Origin: Blepharisma stoltei ATCC 30299
Lineage: Eukaryota > Protista > Ciliophora
Length of the DNA: 64,000 nt
Direction of reading: 5' to 3'
Assembly: GCA_965603825.1 (NCBI GenBank)
Contig: CBFDEM010000062.1
Span: 620,001 to 684,000 of the forward strand
The notes under the pieces were generated by a model that searched no databases, was not told the DNA's origin, and saw only the letters and a list, made by a program, of their open reading frames with translations. The first letter of the stretch is position 1. Each line of letters starts with the position of its first letter. Positions 45,507-57,828 of this stretch are shown piece by piece. A program made the position numbers and the translations under genes.

Positions 45507-46628
45507 TTAATTCACAGCTTTAGTTTTTGTATCAAATGTATTTCCTCTCCTTGTTGGAAGCCCAGTCTTAATTGTTTTTTCAACTCCATAGATTTTTGTA
45601 ACTATCAAAGGAAGAAAATAAGTGCACACAATCCCTCCTACTAGTCTTAAAACAAGCAAGCTTATAAGTCTTGACATTCCTCCCATATTCTTAATCATCC
45701 ATGAATCCAATGCAGTTACAAATCCACATGCAGAAATGTGTAGAACCGACGATAAAGCCAGCAATTGATAGCTAAATGGAGGACCATTTTTTTCCTTCAA
45801 AAAATAATAGCCTATCACACATCCGAAAATAAGCCACACGTGGAGAGCTTCTGAAAAATTTTTAATAAGGGCATCACTTAACTGAAGTGTCCTATTGCAT
45901 TTTTCTTGATAAATTTGACTCCATACTGGGTCCCAGCCTGAGCCTCCAAACATATACAAAGATAAAGATACGAATGTATATGCTAAAATAAAGAAAAACA
46001 CTGATTTTATGGTAGCTTTATCTGAACCAAATCTATGCACAAGTTTCCAAAATTTTGGATGAAGCATAATTGCTGATACTAACGCTGCAAATAAATATCC
46101 CAAGGTAACTTGGAAATAAAAGTGGACTCCGAGATAAATTCTATCAAAAGCAGTGAGTATGAACAAAAACAGAAGGATAAATATTTTCCTTGTAAACTGT
46201 CCACCAGACCTTAGCCAAATCACACCAACCACAATAAGTCCGCATCCAGTCGATAATGCATGCCCTGAAGGTGCTCCAAAGTCTCTGGGACACTCAATCC
46301 CTAGCACTTTTGGATATTTCCAAAAAGGCCTTGGGTGCATCAAAGCCATCTTCAATGTTCCGGACAGCGCTGACCCAAAGAGTGCAGCTGCCATTCCAAC
46401 CATTCCTTCCTCACGTTTCCCCATAAGGAACATAATCCCACTAATAATCACAAAAATAAATCCCATGACGGCTCCAATAATCTCAAAAATAATGTCTACC
46501 GTACGAGTCCTCCCGCTTTGTACTCATTCAGCAAAATCAGCACTTGTGTCTTCCAGTCAGTTTTGTTGAGAAATTTGTATATAAGTGCCTAATAAAGCTA
46601 GAACTGCGAATGTGGCTATGAGCTTCAT
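45507..46628 (-). CDS. PAP2-family (glucose-6-phosphatase-like) membrane phosphatase
   Basis: KMALMHPRP, PSGH and DRIYLGVH. The frame extends through two TGA (46524, 46557) to ATG 46628. Confidence 0.88.
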
Positions 46629-46654
46629 CTAGCTTTTGGCGACTTTTTATGTAA

Positions 46655-48049
46655 ATGGAATATTTTGATTTAGAAAATCTTGAAAAGAAGGCTGAAAAAC
46701 TGATAAAAGAAATAGACGAAATTAAGCTTACCAAAGAGTTTACGAATTCTCCTAATAGAAATCTGGATGAATTAGGGGTTGTGTACTGCTTGACAGGGAA
46801 TGATGCAGCGCTTTATAGTAAACTTAAGCAATGCTATATTAAGCAGCAGTCGAGTGAACAGTTAGAATTTAAAACAGTTTTGGCAGGATATGCTGCTGGG
46901 AAATACTCTGAAGCACTGTTTTTGGCAAAAGATTTACTGGTAGCAAACCAATCTATTGAGATTTTTCAAGTGATTATAAAGATTTGTGTAAATCATTTGC
47001 TTATACCTGAATGGGCAGTTCACTATGCAAAAATTGGGCTGGAGTCCCACCCAGAGCATCCTTGGCTTTGCTTTTCAATGGGAATTGCTTATTCTTTGCT
47101 TGGCGACCAAGAAGTTTACTATAAAGATAAAGTTACATTATGAGAAAAATCAAGAGAAAGCTTACAACTCTGCAAGTCAAATAGAAGAAATTATTTATAT
47201 CATCTAGCATTAATAGAAGCCAAGCTTGGAAATTTAGACGAAGCATTAAGAAATGCTGCAGAAGGCTATAGGCTTTGCAATGATCCTTACTATAGTGCTT
47301 TATTAAGCTTGATTATGACAGCCCAAGAAGATTTTACAGGATCTTTACAAGTGATCAAAAGAGGACTGCAAGGGTGTCCTTCTAATATTCTATTAAGATC
47401 TGCAAAGTAAGAACAATTTAGAGTTTATACATATCTAAATCTATCAAAAATAACACAAGATAAAGCCCCTGTGAAAAAATCAATTATTTCTTTATTAAAA
47501 TCCAGTTTAGAATTTTTAGATAATGCTTCAACAATACCTGCAGACGAAAGAATTGCAGGCTTAACAAGCATAAAAGAAGAAAACTCAAATCCTGAGCACG
47601 ATAGCTTACAAGATGTCATTAAATTAGCTGCGAATAATTCCCACAATCCCAATTTTCAACAAGCACTCAGACTTGCCTTTGAAGCTGCTTTTGCAATTCA
47701 AGATGAAGAATTGATTGAATTTAGCTTAAATAGCCTCCAAGATAAAAAAGCTGAACAAGCGATATATGAGTTTCATAAAACTGGGGACATAAATGGGCTT
47801 GATAATTTCATAGAAAACTTAAAAGCTTGCGAACTGCTTGCTAAAGGGAGATACGACTCTGGAGACAAAGCCAGAGCAATGAGCGCTGCTAATCAAGCAA
47901 TTTCACTTGACAACAATTCAGCTGAAGCTTGAATAATTTTAGGGAAAATTCACAAGGACTATAATCAGCTTTCTGAAGCAATGAATTGTTTTGTGGCAGC
48001 CCTTAAATGTGCGAATGTGAGGTTTTCTATTCTTCCAGTCTATATTTAA
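46655..48049 (+). CDS. TPR protein, TTC7/Ypp1-like (short)
   Basis: YHLALIEA..LDEAL..ALLSLIMTAQ, AEA-W-IILG and C-terminal CF..AL....FSILP. TGA at 47141 and 47930; intron 47407..47421. Confidence 0.7.
47407..47421 (+). other. 15-nt spliceosomal intron
   Basis: gtaagaacaatttag; removes an in-frame TAA. Confidence 0.85.
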
Positions 48050-48083
48050 CTAGTCATTTTAAAAAAGTTATGAATAATTATAT

Positions 48084-49115
48084 ATGGATCATAATTCAGG
48101 ATTTTATAGCTCAGCCCACTCATCTCACAGCTCATTTACACCTCAGCTTTCAAGGACAAGCGTTTCCTCTACCACTGATTATGCATTTTTACGTGAAGTC
48201 TTGGATTTTACAAAAGAAAATATCCCAGGTCTAAGCACGATTAAGAAAAATTATTTAAATTTTGACTTCGGGGAAGGCGATATTATAGCACGAACCCAAA
48301 TGCCGGTTTCTGGCAACAAATTTAAAGCAGTTTTTATCGAGGAAAATTTTATTGAGTTTGGCATTGAATATTTTGGAGTTATAAGAATTATTCATCCAGA
48401 TATAATTTTAGAAATAAATATTCCGAATGAGAGAAGTTATGATCCAGCTGGATCTTCTCTTGATGGCTTTGATAATGAATATTTAAATTCTGACCAATTT
48501 ACATTTTTGACAAGAATTGTAGCTATTGAAGTTAAAGCTGCAAGTTTAGGAGTTAGGGAAAAAGATTTGGAATTGATAAGAAAATCAATCAGTCCTTTAT
48601 TGGAATATCATATGAAAAAAAAGTTCCTTATGGAGTGAATGAGTTTACAGGTAAAGCTTACTTGCTATAGGAAGCTAAAACCACCAAGATATAGTGAATT
48701 TTTAAGGCTGAAAACTTTTACTAAGGAGCTTAAGCTGCTTGAAGGAAGAGACCATACGAAGGAATATTTAGAAAAATGCATGCAGTTTGATAGGAATTTG
48801 ATCTCCTATGACAAAATTTATCCACCAAATGCTTATTACAAGTCACTGATGAAGCATGAATTGAGTTTGCCATATCAATTAAAGCTAAGATATGCAGAAA
48901 TCGAAACAAATGAGTCTTTGGTAAAGTCCGCTGAAACAGCAGTTCTTACTTACCTTCCTAAATTCACTCCTGACATGGACGATTATATTGAAAAAGGCAA
49001 AAAATTCAGCGACCTTACGCAGACTATTTATGAAGTAGACCGTGGATATTCTAATGGGCTTGCAAAAATTTATTTGCAATATGAGCATGACGAGAACGAA
49101 TGCAAAGTAATGTAA
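48084..49115 (+). CDS. Hypothetical protein with C-terminal CaaX (CKVM)
   Basis: Two abutting ORFs joined by TGA 48636-48638. Confidence 0.75.
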
Positions 49116-49142
49116 TTATTTAATTTCACAATTTAATTTTAT

Positions 49143-50093
49143 TTATTTTGAAATCATTTTTGGTGCATCAGCTTTCTGAATCGCCAGTGTCTTAATTTCT
49201 TGATTTTCAGTTAAGTCAAGTACTTGAAATCTCAATCTGGAACTTAAAGTTTTTGCAAGTTCTTGCAATTTTACAATATAAGAGTGAAAAGTTTCTTTAT
49301 ATCTTGAGTTACTAAACAGTGCATTGCATACACTTAGTAGGTAGCATAAAGCTTCAATTGTATCTTCTGTGCCAATAGAAAACATATAATTGCAACAGCT
49401 GCAAATAATCTTTGGTGGAATTAATCTTGCTTTAAATAGCTCCCCAATAAATCTGATACAGCCTAAGACTTTTTTCCGATCAGAAAATTCCCCATTTTCA
49501 TGTGAGTTTTCGAACATAAATTGGCAAGCTGTAAGAAGAGTATTCCTGAAATATGATACTTCTCTGCAGAGGTTTACGCATAGCTTAGCATACGTTTCTG
49601 AGTATTTTCCTTCAACAGAAGCTTTCTCTAAAATTAAGAGGCTGAGGCTTTCTGATGATTCGGGAGTAAGTAAGGCTAAAAGTTTTGTTTGAATTGACTC
49701 CGCATTTGTTGGAGCCAGTCTGTTTAAAAGTGATTTAAAGTTTTTTGTTAATTCATCGTTGCTAGATTTCAGTTTTTGTGGGATAGATCGCCAATTAGGG
49801 TCTATAATTTTAATCTTACGCTCTAAGATTTTTAAAAGTGCATCGCTTTTGACGATTGAGGACTCGTGATCTCTAGCAAGAAGAATTTGGTCAAAGTTAT
49901 AAACACGCTTGGAAACTTTCTTCCAAACTCTTTTAGGCCTTTCTTTTGGTGCTGCTGCCCGATTGCCTGGTTTTCTGTAAGCGTTTTTTTGACTGCTTTG
50001 GCTTAGGTAATTGGAATTTGCTCTGCCTCGAAGACGCTTAGGAGTGTAAAGTCCTTGGTCAACTGGCTGAGAGGATTCCGAATTGCTTTCCAT
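49143..50093 (-). CDS. MIF4G-domain protein, small eIF4G-like
   Basis: KSLLNRLAPTN, ILEKASVE..YSETYAKLC, LGCIRFIGELFK and SRLRFQVLDL; upstream YNFDQILL resembles an eIF4E-binding motif. Confidence 0.85.
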   Translation of the reverse strand: MESNSESSQPVDQGLYTPKRLRGRANSNYLSQSSQKNAYRKPGNRAAAPKERPKRVWKKVSKRVYNFDQILLARDHESSIVKSDALLKILERKIKIIDPNWRSIPQKLKSSNDELTKNFKSLLNRLAPTNAESIQTKLLALLTPESSESLSLLILEKASVEGKYSETYAKLCVNLCREVSYFRNTLLTACQFMFENSHENGEFSDRKKVLGCIRFIGELFKARLIPPKIICSCCNYMFSIGTEDTIEALCYLLSVCNALFSNSRYKETFHSYIVKLQELAKTLSSRLRFQVLDLTENQEIKTLAIQKADAPKMISK

Positions 50094-50858
50094 TTATAAT
50101 TTATTATTATTGGATTAAATTAAATCGGAATTAGTTCTTCCCTACTAATAAATTTACATCCCTATTTAATAATATGGCTGAAATGTTTAGGTCATTGCAG
50201 AATTCATTGATTATTTTTTTCCAAATAAGTCCACTTTTTAGTAAAGGCTAAAAGAAGAAATCAATTAGATTTTAATAAATTTGGTATCAAATAGAAATTT
50301 AATCTTGTTTTTAATTAAACTGAAATGTGATTTTTATCCGAAAAGCCAATAACTTTAAGCAAATTGGTAAATTAATTATATCTTTGATATATATTATATT
50401 AAACTAATTTAAATTTATGGCTTCGACTCACTTTTGACGAAGAATTATTATTGACTATTCAATCAAACAATCAGCTGTCTCTGAGTCATATATATTCGAA
50501 GTCTAATTTTAATTATTTATTAAATTTATGATCTTGTGAGTAAAAAGCACATACATTATAATAGCAATAGATTTCGTTATTGGTTTGAGTCTAATTTGAA
50601 ATAAATAGTTTATTGAACAAAATTTTTTATTTGTCTTTAAGAACTATATCTGTATTTTAGAGCTTTTTTTTTGGTCCAATAAAGGAATTTAATTTCTATT
50701 CATGGCGTCTAACTTAAGCAGAAGATGACCCAAGATCCTTTAATTTGGTTACTTATTAGATAAATAATTAAGTGGGCAAATAGTTTGAATATTTGCATTT
50801 GAGCTGTTATTTAAGAATTAATTATTGGCATCAATAAATTATTTTAACCATATAAAGT

Positions 50859-52061
50859 TTAAAATATCATTGATTTCCTTCCAGAGCTTAGAATAGTTTT
50901 CCTATTAATAGGAGATCTTTCAATTTCGCCAAACATAATACAGTGAGCACTGATTTCTTGGCTCAAATCGTCAAGACTTTTAATTGTCCCGCTTGCCTGC
51001 AGATTAAGCTTTCTTAGTTCAGATTCATTATTGAAGTAGAATTCTTGGTTTTGCTCAATATTGCTTCTAATTTCTTTTATTTCAAATTTCAATTTCGTTT
51101 TCTTTACTTTAGTTTTAGCAAGGCTTTCTTGTAATTTATTACTTCTAATATTCAATTCGTTAATAGTAGAAGTCAATTCTTTGACAATGCCCCTTTGATC
51201 TTTAATATCATCTTCCAAATTACTAACAATTTCTTTTAGTCCAGCTTCAGCTTCTTTAAGTTCTTTAATTTCTTCAGCATTAAATGCTGCCATCTTATTC
51301 AAATTTTGAATCTCATTGTCATATTCTGGAATTAATTTGCTAACTAAAAATAATTCCGTATCTTTTTCTTCCTTCATTCAACTTGCTTCTTTTATTCGTA
51401 TATTTGCAAGCTCAACTCTCAATGCCAGTGATTTAGTTTCTTCTTCTTTTATCGCTAAAGAATTTTCTAAATTACTCAATATGTCATTTTTTTCCCTTTG
51501 CGAGTAATTTTTATTTTCTATTTCTACTGTTAAGTTTTGTATAGTTTTTGAAAGATTTTGATCGATTTCTAAATATTTGAAATATTTTCCGCTTATTTTG
51601 GCTGTGCTATCTTCAATAGCTTTCAGTTCTTTACTTCTCTCATTTATCTGACTTTCTAACTGTTGCCTGTTTGCTAATTTTTCCTTCAAAATCTTCTCTA
51701 ATTTTGAGAGGTTCGAAGAGACACAATAATCATTAAATTTAAGCAAAGATTGCGTGTCATTTGCTTCAAAATAATTATAGGTTTTATTGGCCTCATTATT
51801 CCCGAAATGCAATGAATTTTGTCGCCCTATCTGATCAGATTCATTTTTGATGTCTTTAGTGATTAAAATACCTCTATCTCTTTCTGATAACTTGCAATTT
51901 GAGTGGTTTAAAAACGATCTGTTAAGGAATTTTTTCGATATAAAGTTGCATTCTTCACAATAATTATTTTCATTGTGCTGAAGAGCATCTCCTTTTTCTT
52001 GGTATGAATGCTTATTTCCATTAAGTTGGGTAGACAAAGTCTCAATTGAAATTGTTTTCAT
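50859..52061 (-). CDS. Coiled-coil protein, unknown function
   Basis: ORFs joined by TGA 51378-51380; start taken at MKTISIE. Confidence 0.7.
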
Positions 52062-52430
52062 AGAGATATTTATTATTTTAAATTTATATCGAAAATAAAT
52101 AAGGCCATTAAATTTTTTTATTTTGATGTATTTTAATGCCCCAAAACTTTTATTTTTAATTTTAAAAATTTTTAGAAGCATAGTGTGCCAAAATCATGTT
52201 GATATATAAATATAAAAACGCGAAATTGTCAATTTTTTATTATATCATAAAAGATTTATTTAACCTATTTTTATATTCATATTTTTATTCATTTTTCTTA
52301 TAGGTAGAGCCGGGAATAATATGAGATCAACTTACCAATGTAATAACAATTTTGGTTCAATGGCTTAAAAAATGTATAATAAATAGAAAATGTATACAAT
52401 TAAAATAATATCTACTTTGATTAAACACAA

Positions 52431-52898
52431 ATGCTAAACGATAACGAGCTTCATATGCAGGTCCTGGCAGGTTTTCAAAGAGAACCTACAGTAACTGACA
52501 AATACGGTGTTCATTTTGAATACCAAGATCTATTTTCTCGACTTATGGAAGTTAAAATTGAAAGAGAAAGCAAAGCAAAAGCTTTGGATAGAAGAAGATC
52601 AGTACCAAAAAATTCCCAGTACAATAGATCGCAGCATTTAAATTCAATGCAAACTCAACCGCTTACCGAAAGAATAATGTATACAGAAATTAGTCAACCC
52701 AAAAAAAGGAAGCCATCTACCAATACAAAATACAGAATTCTACGTCCAAATAAATTTGAAATTTCAAAGAGAAGTATTTCTCTGTGAAGACATCTTGAAG
52801 CACTAAATATTGATCGAGGCGATATAAGAAATCGACCGAGGACAGCTTCTCGAAAAAGAATAAATTTACATAGAAAATCTATTGACCAAAACCAATAA
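52431..52898 (+). CDS. Hypothetical basic protein
   Basis: Frame continues through TGA 52785-52787 to TAA 52896-52898; contains a GVHFEYQDLFSRL motif. Confidence 0.65.
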
Positions 52899-52967
52899 TT
52901 TGAAAATCTCTTTACAATATTTAATTTTCCATCAATTTAATTAAATTTTCCTAAATTTGCGATAAAT

Positions 52968-53783
52968 ATGAGCAGACCTGAAGAGATTGCTCCACCTGAG
53001 TACTTTTACAATGAAGAAGAAGCAAACAAATACACAACAAATTCCAGAATCATTGAAATTCAAGCAAAAATGTCACAGAGAGCCATTGAGCTTCTGAATC
53101 TTCCTGAGCCAGGATGTCTGGTCCTTGATCTAGGATGTGGCAGTGGGCTGAGTGGGGAAGAATTGACTGAGTGTGGCCATTTTTGGATAGGGCTGGACAT
53201 ATCCAAAGCAATGCTTGATGTAGCCAGTGAAAGAGGCGTAGAAGGCGACATAATTTTATCAGATTTAGGAGATGGATTTACATTTTTGCCTGGGACTTTT
53301 GATGGGGCTATCAGTATTTCTGCTTTACAATGGCTTTGCAATGCTGAAAAAGCTGATCATAACCCGTATAAAAGACTCGCTAAATTGTTTGAAAGTTTAT
53401 ATTCAGCTTTAGGACGAGGAAGGAGAGCAGTTTTTCAATTCTATCCAGCCCATCCACAGCAAATTGAAATGATTACACAAGCTGCAGTAAAATGTGGATT
53501 TTTAGCTGATTTAATTATAGATTTCCCAAATTCCACCAAGGCTAAGAAATACTATTTAGTGCTTTATAGTGGAGCTCACCAAAACTACAAACAATTCCAA
53601 CCCCTCGATGGGGATGACCAAGTAAAATTCTCAAAAAGAGATAAAACTCACAAAAAATCCAAAAAAATGCATAAGCACAGCAGAGAGTGGATTTTGGAAA
53701 AGAAAGCTAAGCAAAGAAAGCAAGGGAAAGAAGTCAGACACGATTCCAAATATACTGGAAGAAAAAGAAAAGATAAGTTCTAA
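52968..53783 (+). CDS. BUD23: 18S rRNA m7G methyltransferase BUD23/WBSCR22
   Basis: [38 protein letters not shown] and KYTGRKRK. Confidence 0.97.
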   Translation: MSRPEEIAPPEYFYNEEEANKYTTNSRIIEIQAKMSQRAIELLNLPEPGCLVLDLGCGSGLSGEELTECGHFWIGLDISKAMLDVASERGVEGDIILSDLGDGFTFLPGTFDGAISISALQWLCNAEKADHNPYKRLAKLFESLYSALGRGRRAVFQFYPAHPQQIEMITQAAVKCGFLADLIIDFPNSTKAKKYYLVLYSGAHQNYKQFQPLDGDDQVKFSKRDKTHKKSKKMHKHSREWILEKKAKQRKQGKEVRHDSKYTGRKRKDKF

Positions 53784-53893
53784 TTTGGGTTTGCATCTAA
53801 TTTTACCAATATTTTATGAAAATTTAAGCATTTTATTGAATATTTATATATAAAATACTTCGCAATATTTTGACCGTCAATTAAAAAAGTAAA

Positions 53894-54439
53894 TTATCCT
53901 AAAAGTTCATAATCATCAACTTTGTCATTATATTTCAGAACTTTTCTTTTAATTGAGCTTGTTTCAGACCATGTCACGAAATCCTCATATGTCCTAGAAA
54001 CATGAAAAGCAGGGTCTGTGATTACTTTTGGCCCAACACGAACATGGCCTTGCTCAATATACTTTACGGCATCTTTAGGTGTCTCTGCCATTCTTAGCTT
54101 GACCATGATGATTGGCAATCGTCTTCTGCAGAAGCTAGACACCGTCAATTTTTCACAGACAACAAGACTTCTCTTTGTATTAATCACTCCTTGTGCATAA
54201 AGTTTACTCAGCAAGTGTTCAGTCATTTCTATACGGAATGGATCATCGTCTTTCAGCTTTTTTATTTGATTGACAAGCTTCGTCACATATCCACAAATTT
54301 TGTTGTATTTTATGTAATCTTCTCTGCGCTGTATGTGGTATCTCCTCATAACAGAAACTTCTCTGTCATTTTCTGGCTTTCAGTTGAAAAAATTGACCTT
54401 TTTAAGTAGCTTTTGCTCATGGAATTTTAGCTCACGCAT
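53894..54439 (-). CDS. IMP3: U3 snoRNP protein IMP3
   Basis: MRELKFHEQKLLKKVNFFN-W-K (TGA 54380-54382), SSFCRRRL and EQGHVRVG. Confidence 0.95.
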
Positions 54440-54537
54440 ATTCTATTATTATATCTTAGAAAATTATCTGCTAATAGTTAAAATGGAGTATAAAGTAAAT
54501 TGTAAATAATCACATATCAATAATTATAAAATGAAAT

Positions 54538-55443
54538 ATGAGTAAACTTAGACTGAAGGAAAACCAAGAAAATTCTGATGATAGCAAATATTTGTTTACA
54601 TTTTCACGAGGATGGAATCATGATGATAGAATTGGAATCCATATTTTAGATGTTGAAAGTAGAGTCGAACAAAAATATTCCATAAAGTTTCCGAGACAGA
54701 CATTATTTATGCCTTCTATAGTTCGTCTGCCAAATAATGAATTAGCATGCTTTGGCTGCTTTGTATCAGCTACTTATACTAATGGTGTCCTATACAGAGA
54801 TAATATTGAAAGTTTTATATGCATTATTAATTCATTGACAATGAAAATAACAAGAAAGCTCACTTTTCCTGGAAGGCATCGTGCAGGATGTACGACTGTG
54901 TTCATAAAGGGCTATGTTTATATCATTTGCCTGCCTCATAATGATACCATTTATACTTTATTGAAATATGATTTAAGCAGAAATAGTTTAAAAAAGCTAG
55001 CTCGGCTAAAGCTAGGGAGTTATTCGTTAAATCTTCTTAGCTTTGAAGACAATATATTGATAGGATCTAATGATCGGAATGCTTATATATATGATTTATA
55101 CTCAAATAGCTATTCAGAAATACCTTTAATAGCGTTTTATGGGCATAAGGTATTTATTTCTTCAAAAGGAAGAGCATATTATTTAGAATTTGAAGGATTC
55201 ATTTATGAAAGCGGCTTTAAGAATCCTTATATTTGGAATAAAGTTAAAGATTTTAGCCCAAAATATAAAATAAATAATATAATCGATGTGACATGAGTGT
55301 ATTATAATGGCTTGATATTTCTAAGAAATTGTATAAAGACTATGAAAGGATATGAACCAGAAGAATTTTATCTAGAGTTCAACTTAGACTGTAAGGATAT
55401 TCAAAGAATAGACATTAGCAAGAAAAAATGCAATTTGTTTTAA
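54538..55443 (+). CDS. Degenerate Kelch-like beta-propeller protein with C-terminal CaaX (CNLF)
   Basis: LPNNELACFG, GYVYI, KYDL and YDLYSNSYS repeats; TGA 55294-55296; TAA 55441-55443. Confidence 0.65.
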
Positions 55444-55790
55444 TTTTTTCTCTGAGAGGAGTTTATTCATGTACTTCTTATTTGTTACAATTAAAATTGC
55501 AATAAATGATTCAAATAGCATATTTAATAATACCAAGAAGCATAATGAGTAAATTGAAGTAAATAAAAAGAAATTTTCAATAAACTAAGCTTTCTTGCTT
55601 AAACATTTTACAATAAAACACAATATTTGAAAATTCTATTTATCTTTTCTTTTTATGCATAAAGCAGTCTCTTTATATTAGTTTTTCCCTAGGAAAGCCA
55701 ATAAAATCTCCAATTTTCTCCAAAATGTGCAAAATTTAGTCTATAATTTGTTCTAATTTTATATAGAAATTAAATAAAAAGTTGCATAAA

Positions 55791-56132
55791 TTATCTCCAT
55801 GGATACATGCTTTCTCTGCTATACACTTCTCTGTGCTCTTGGCACACAGCTAATGGGCCGCAAAATAAGTGCGTAATGCAATCCCCCACGCACGATCCAT
55901 CAATTAAATATCGATCTCTCACTTTCTTTCTATTTATAGCCGCTCCGATGCAGCATGCTAAAACCGAACAGCAAAAAGCGTGATAGCAAGAGTCTCCTGT
56001 AGCCTTGCTAACAGTTAAAGCTTGATATATACAGCTTCCTCCTGGACATATCAAGCACACTATCATGCAGCTTGATACATCACTAAAGCATCCGCAAAGT
56101 GGCTGTTCCCACCGTATCACATTTCTCGGCAT
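55791..56132 (-). CDS. PLAC8/cornifelin-family Cys-rich protein
   Basis: WEQPLCGCFSD, R..VRDRY.I.GSC..DC..H.FC..LAVCQE. Confidence 0.9.
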   Translation of the reverse strand: MPRNVIRWEQPLCGCFSDVSSCMIVCLICPGGSCIYQALTVSKATGDSCYHAFCCSVLACCIGAAINRKKVRDRYLIDGSCVGDCITHLFCGPLAVCQEHREVYSRESMYPWR

Positions 56133-56159
56133 ATAAATTATTAGAGAAACTATCTTAAA

Positions 56160-57788
56160 TTATGCGGTAAATCTTTCCTCAACTTTATCAATTCTCAGCC
56201 TCTTCCCATAATTCATGTTATGCACATAAGTATAAAAGTAAGGAAATTCTTGAATGGCCGCCCACAGTCTTGGAGGTTTGTCTTCCATAAAATGAATTTT
56301 TTTAATAAGCACGTACATCGGCCTTAAATTATTTTCTTTGAAAGCATAAAGACACTCAACAGCCCTGTCTGTGTCTCCAGTTTTCAGTGTGTTTTGTAGA
56401 TAGCTATTAAGTATATACATGTCTGGCTTGAGTTTCTCGACCACAAACGAATCTCAAAGCCTGAAAACTATTTTAGGCTCATTAAGGAGTGTGTACATTT
56501 CCATTAAGGCTCTGTATTCTTCCTTCTCTTTTTTAAAGCCATATTCATCATAAATAGGAAGGACCATATCTTCAGCTTGGTGCTCTCGGAATGCTTTGCA
56601 GTGAACGGTGAGGAGGGAGCACACTACATGTTTTTCAACCATGCCTTTTTCTTCACATTGTCTAAATAACTCTCAGCTTTCTTTAATAAAAATATCTTTC
56701 GCGTTTTCTGTTGCATTTACACAAGCTTCTGCATAGGTCCTTAATAGCAAATTATAGAAGGTAGGAGTCATTTCAAGTCCGGCATTTTTCATATCAATAA
56801 GTGCATGCTGGGCAGACACTAAATCACCAAGCCTTGAGCAAGCTGTTAGAACTCCTTTAATTGTGTCACTATCAATTTGTATGAACAGCCCTTTCATTCG
56901 TCTATAAATGTCAAGTGCTTCTTCAGCATAATCACGCCTTTTTCCGAGTGCAAAAATAATTGCATTATAATGAAAAGCAACGTCTTTAAACCCAAGTGAT
57001 TGCAAATCATCCCATAGTCTTTTAGCATATTCTGCTTCATAACACTTAGCACAAGCTTTAATTGCAGTACTGACCATATATTCATCAATTTCTACTTCAG
57101 TTTGCCTCTTTTTATATACTTCTACACCTTCTAAAGATCTGTCAGCCTTATCCAGAGCTCTTATTAAATTAGTCCAATCAGCAGCGGTGACCTTATACCC
57201 TTTTGCTTTTTTTTCGTTAATTAATGCTTGAACTTTGTCAGGATTTGCACAATTCGCATAGGTTGACAGTAGTGTGGTATACATGCTACCATCTGGGTGT
57301 CCTAAAGCTTCTACAGCTTTATCAAAAACTATTTCAGCCGTATCTGTGTCTTGGGCTTTTCCACTTGCAACCATTAACTGGATATAGGTATGCTTGTCAG
57401 GGGTGATGCCCATAATTTTCATTTTTTCCAATATCCCAAGAGCCTCATCGATTTTTCCTCGGCTTGCAAGCATTCGTATTAAGAGATTGAAATTTTCTAA
57501 ATTGTACTCGCGATTGAGGAAAAAGCCTTCAAATGAAGCATCTAGGACTTCAAGAGCGTTAAAAGGAGTTACTTTGGCTTGGACTTCTTTGATGTTAAAA
57601 AATTCTTTTTGTATCTCTCTCTTTAAAGCTTCAGAGAGGGGAGGACTCTTTTTGGGCATGTTTGGCTTAACCAGCGCTACTGTGGTTTTCCCTGAGATCC
57701 TAGGCTTGATCTCATTCATCTTTTGCCAGGCTCTCTTTGAGACAAACTTTTTAGCTGTAGAGCCTGCTTGCTTTATCACAGAAGACAT
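56160..57788 (-). CDS. Pentatricopeptide repeat (PPR) protein, probably mitochondrial
   Basis: Many 35-aa PPR units (e.g. FNLLIRMLASRGKIDEALGILEKMKIMGITPD); TGA at 56673 and 56454. Confidence 0.88.
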
Positions 57789-57828
57789 TTATTTTCTTAT
57801 TAATTTACTAAAACTCTATTAAGAAATT

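Noticed and set aside
35023-48049. Apparent membrane-trafficking gene cluster (VPS35, TWD40-like, two Rabs, TTC7-like)
   Set aside because: The genes are interspersed with unrelated ones and trafficking genes are abundant in ciliates; no evidence of functional clustering
50418-50505. Imperfect inverted repeats (ggcttcga/tcgaagtc; gactca/tgagtc) and a very short ORF in a long spacer
   Set aside because: Stems are short and mutually overlapping, with no recognisable ncRNA motif; compatible with chance
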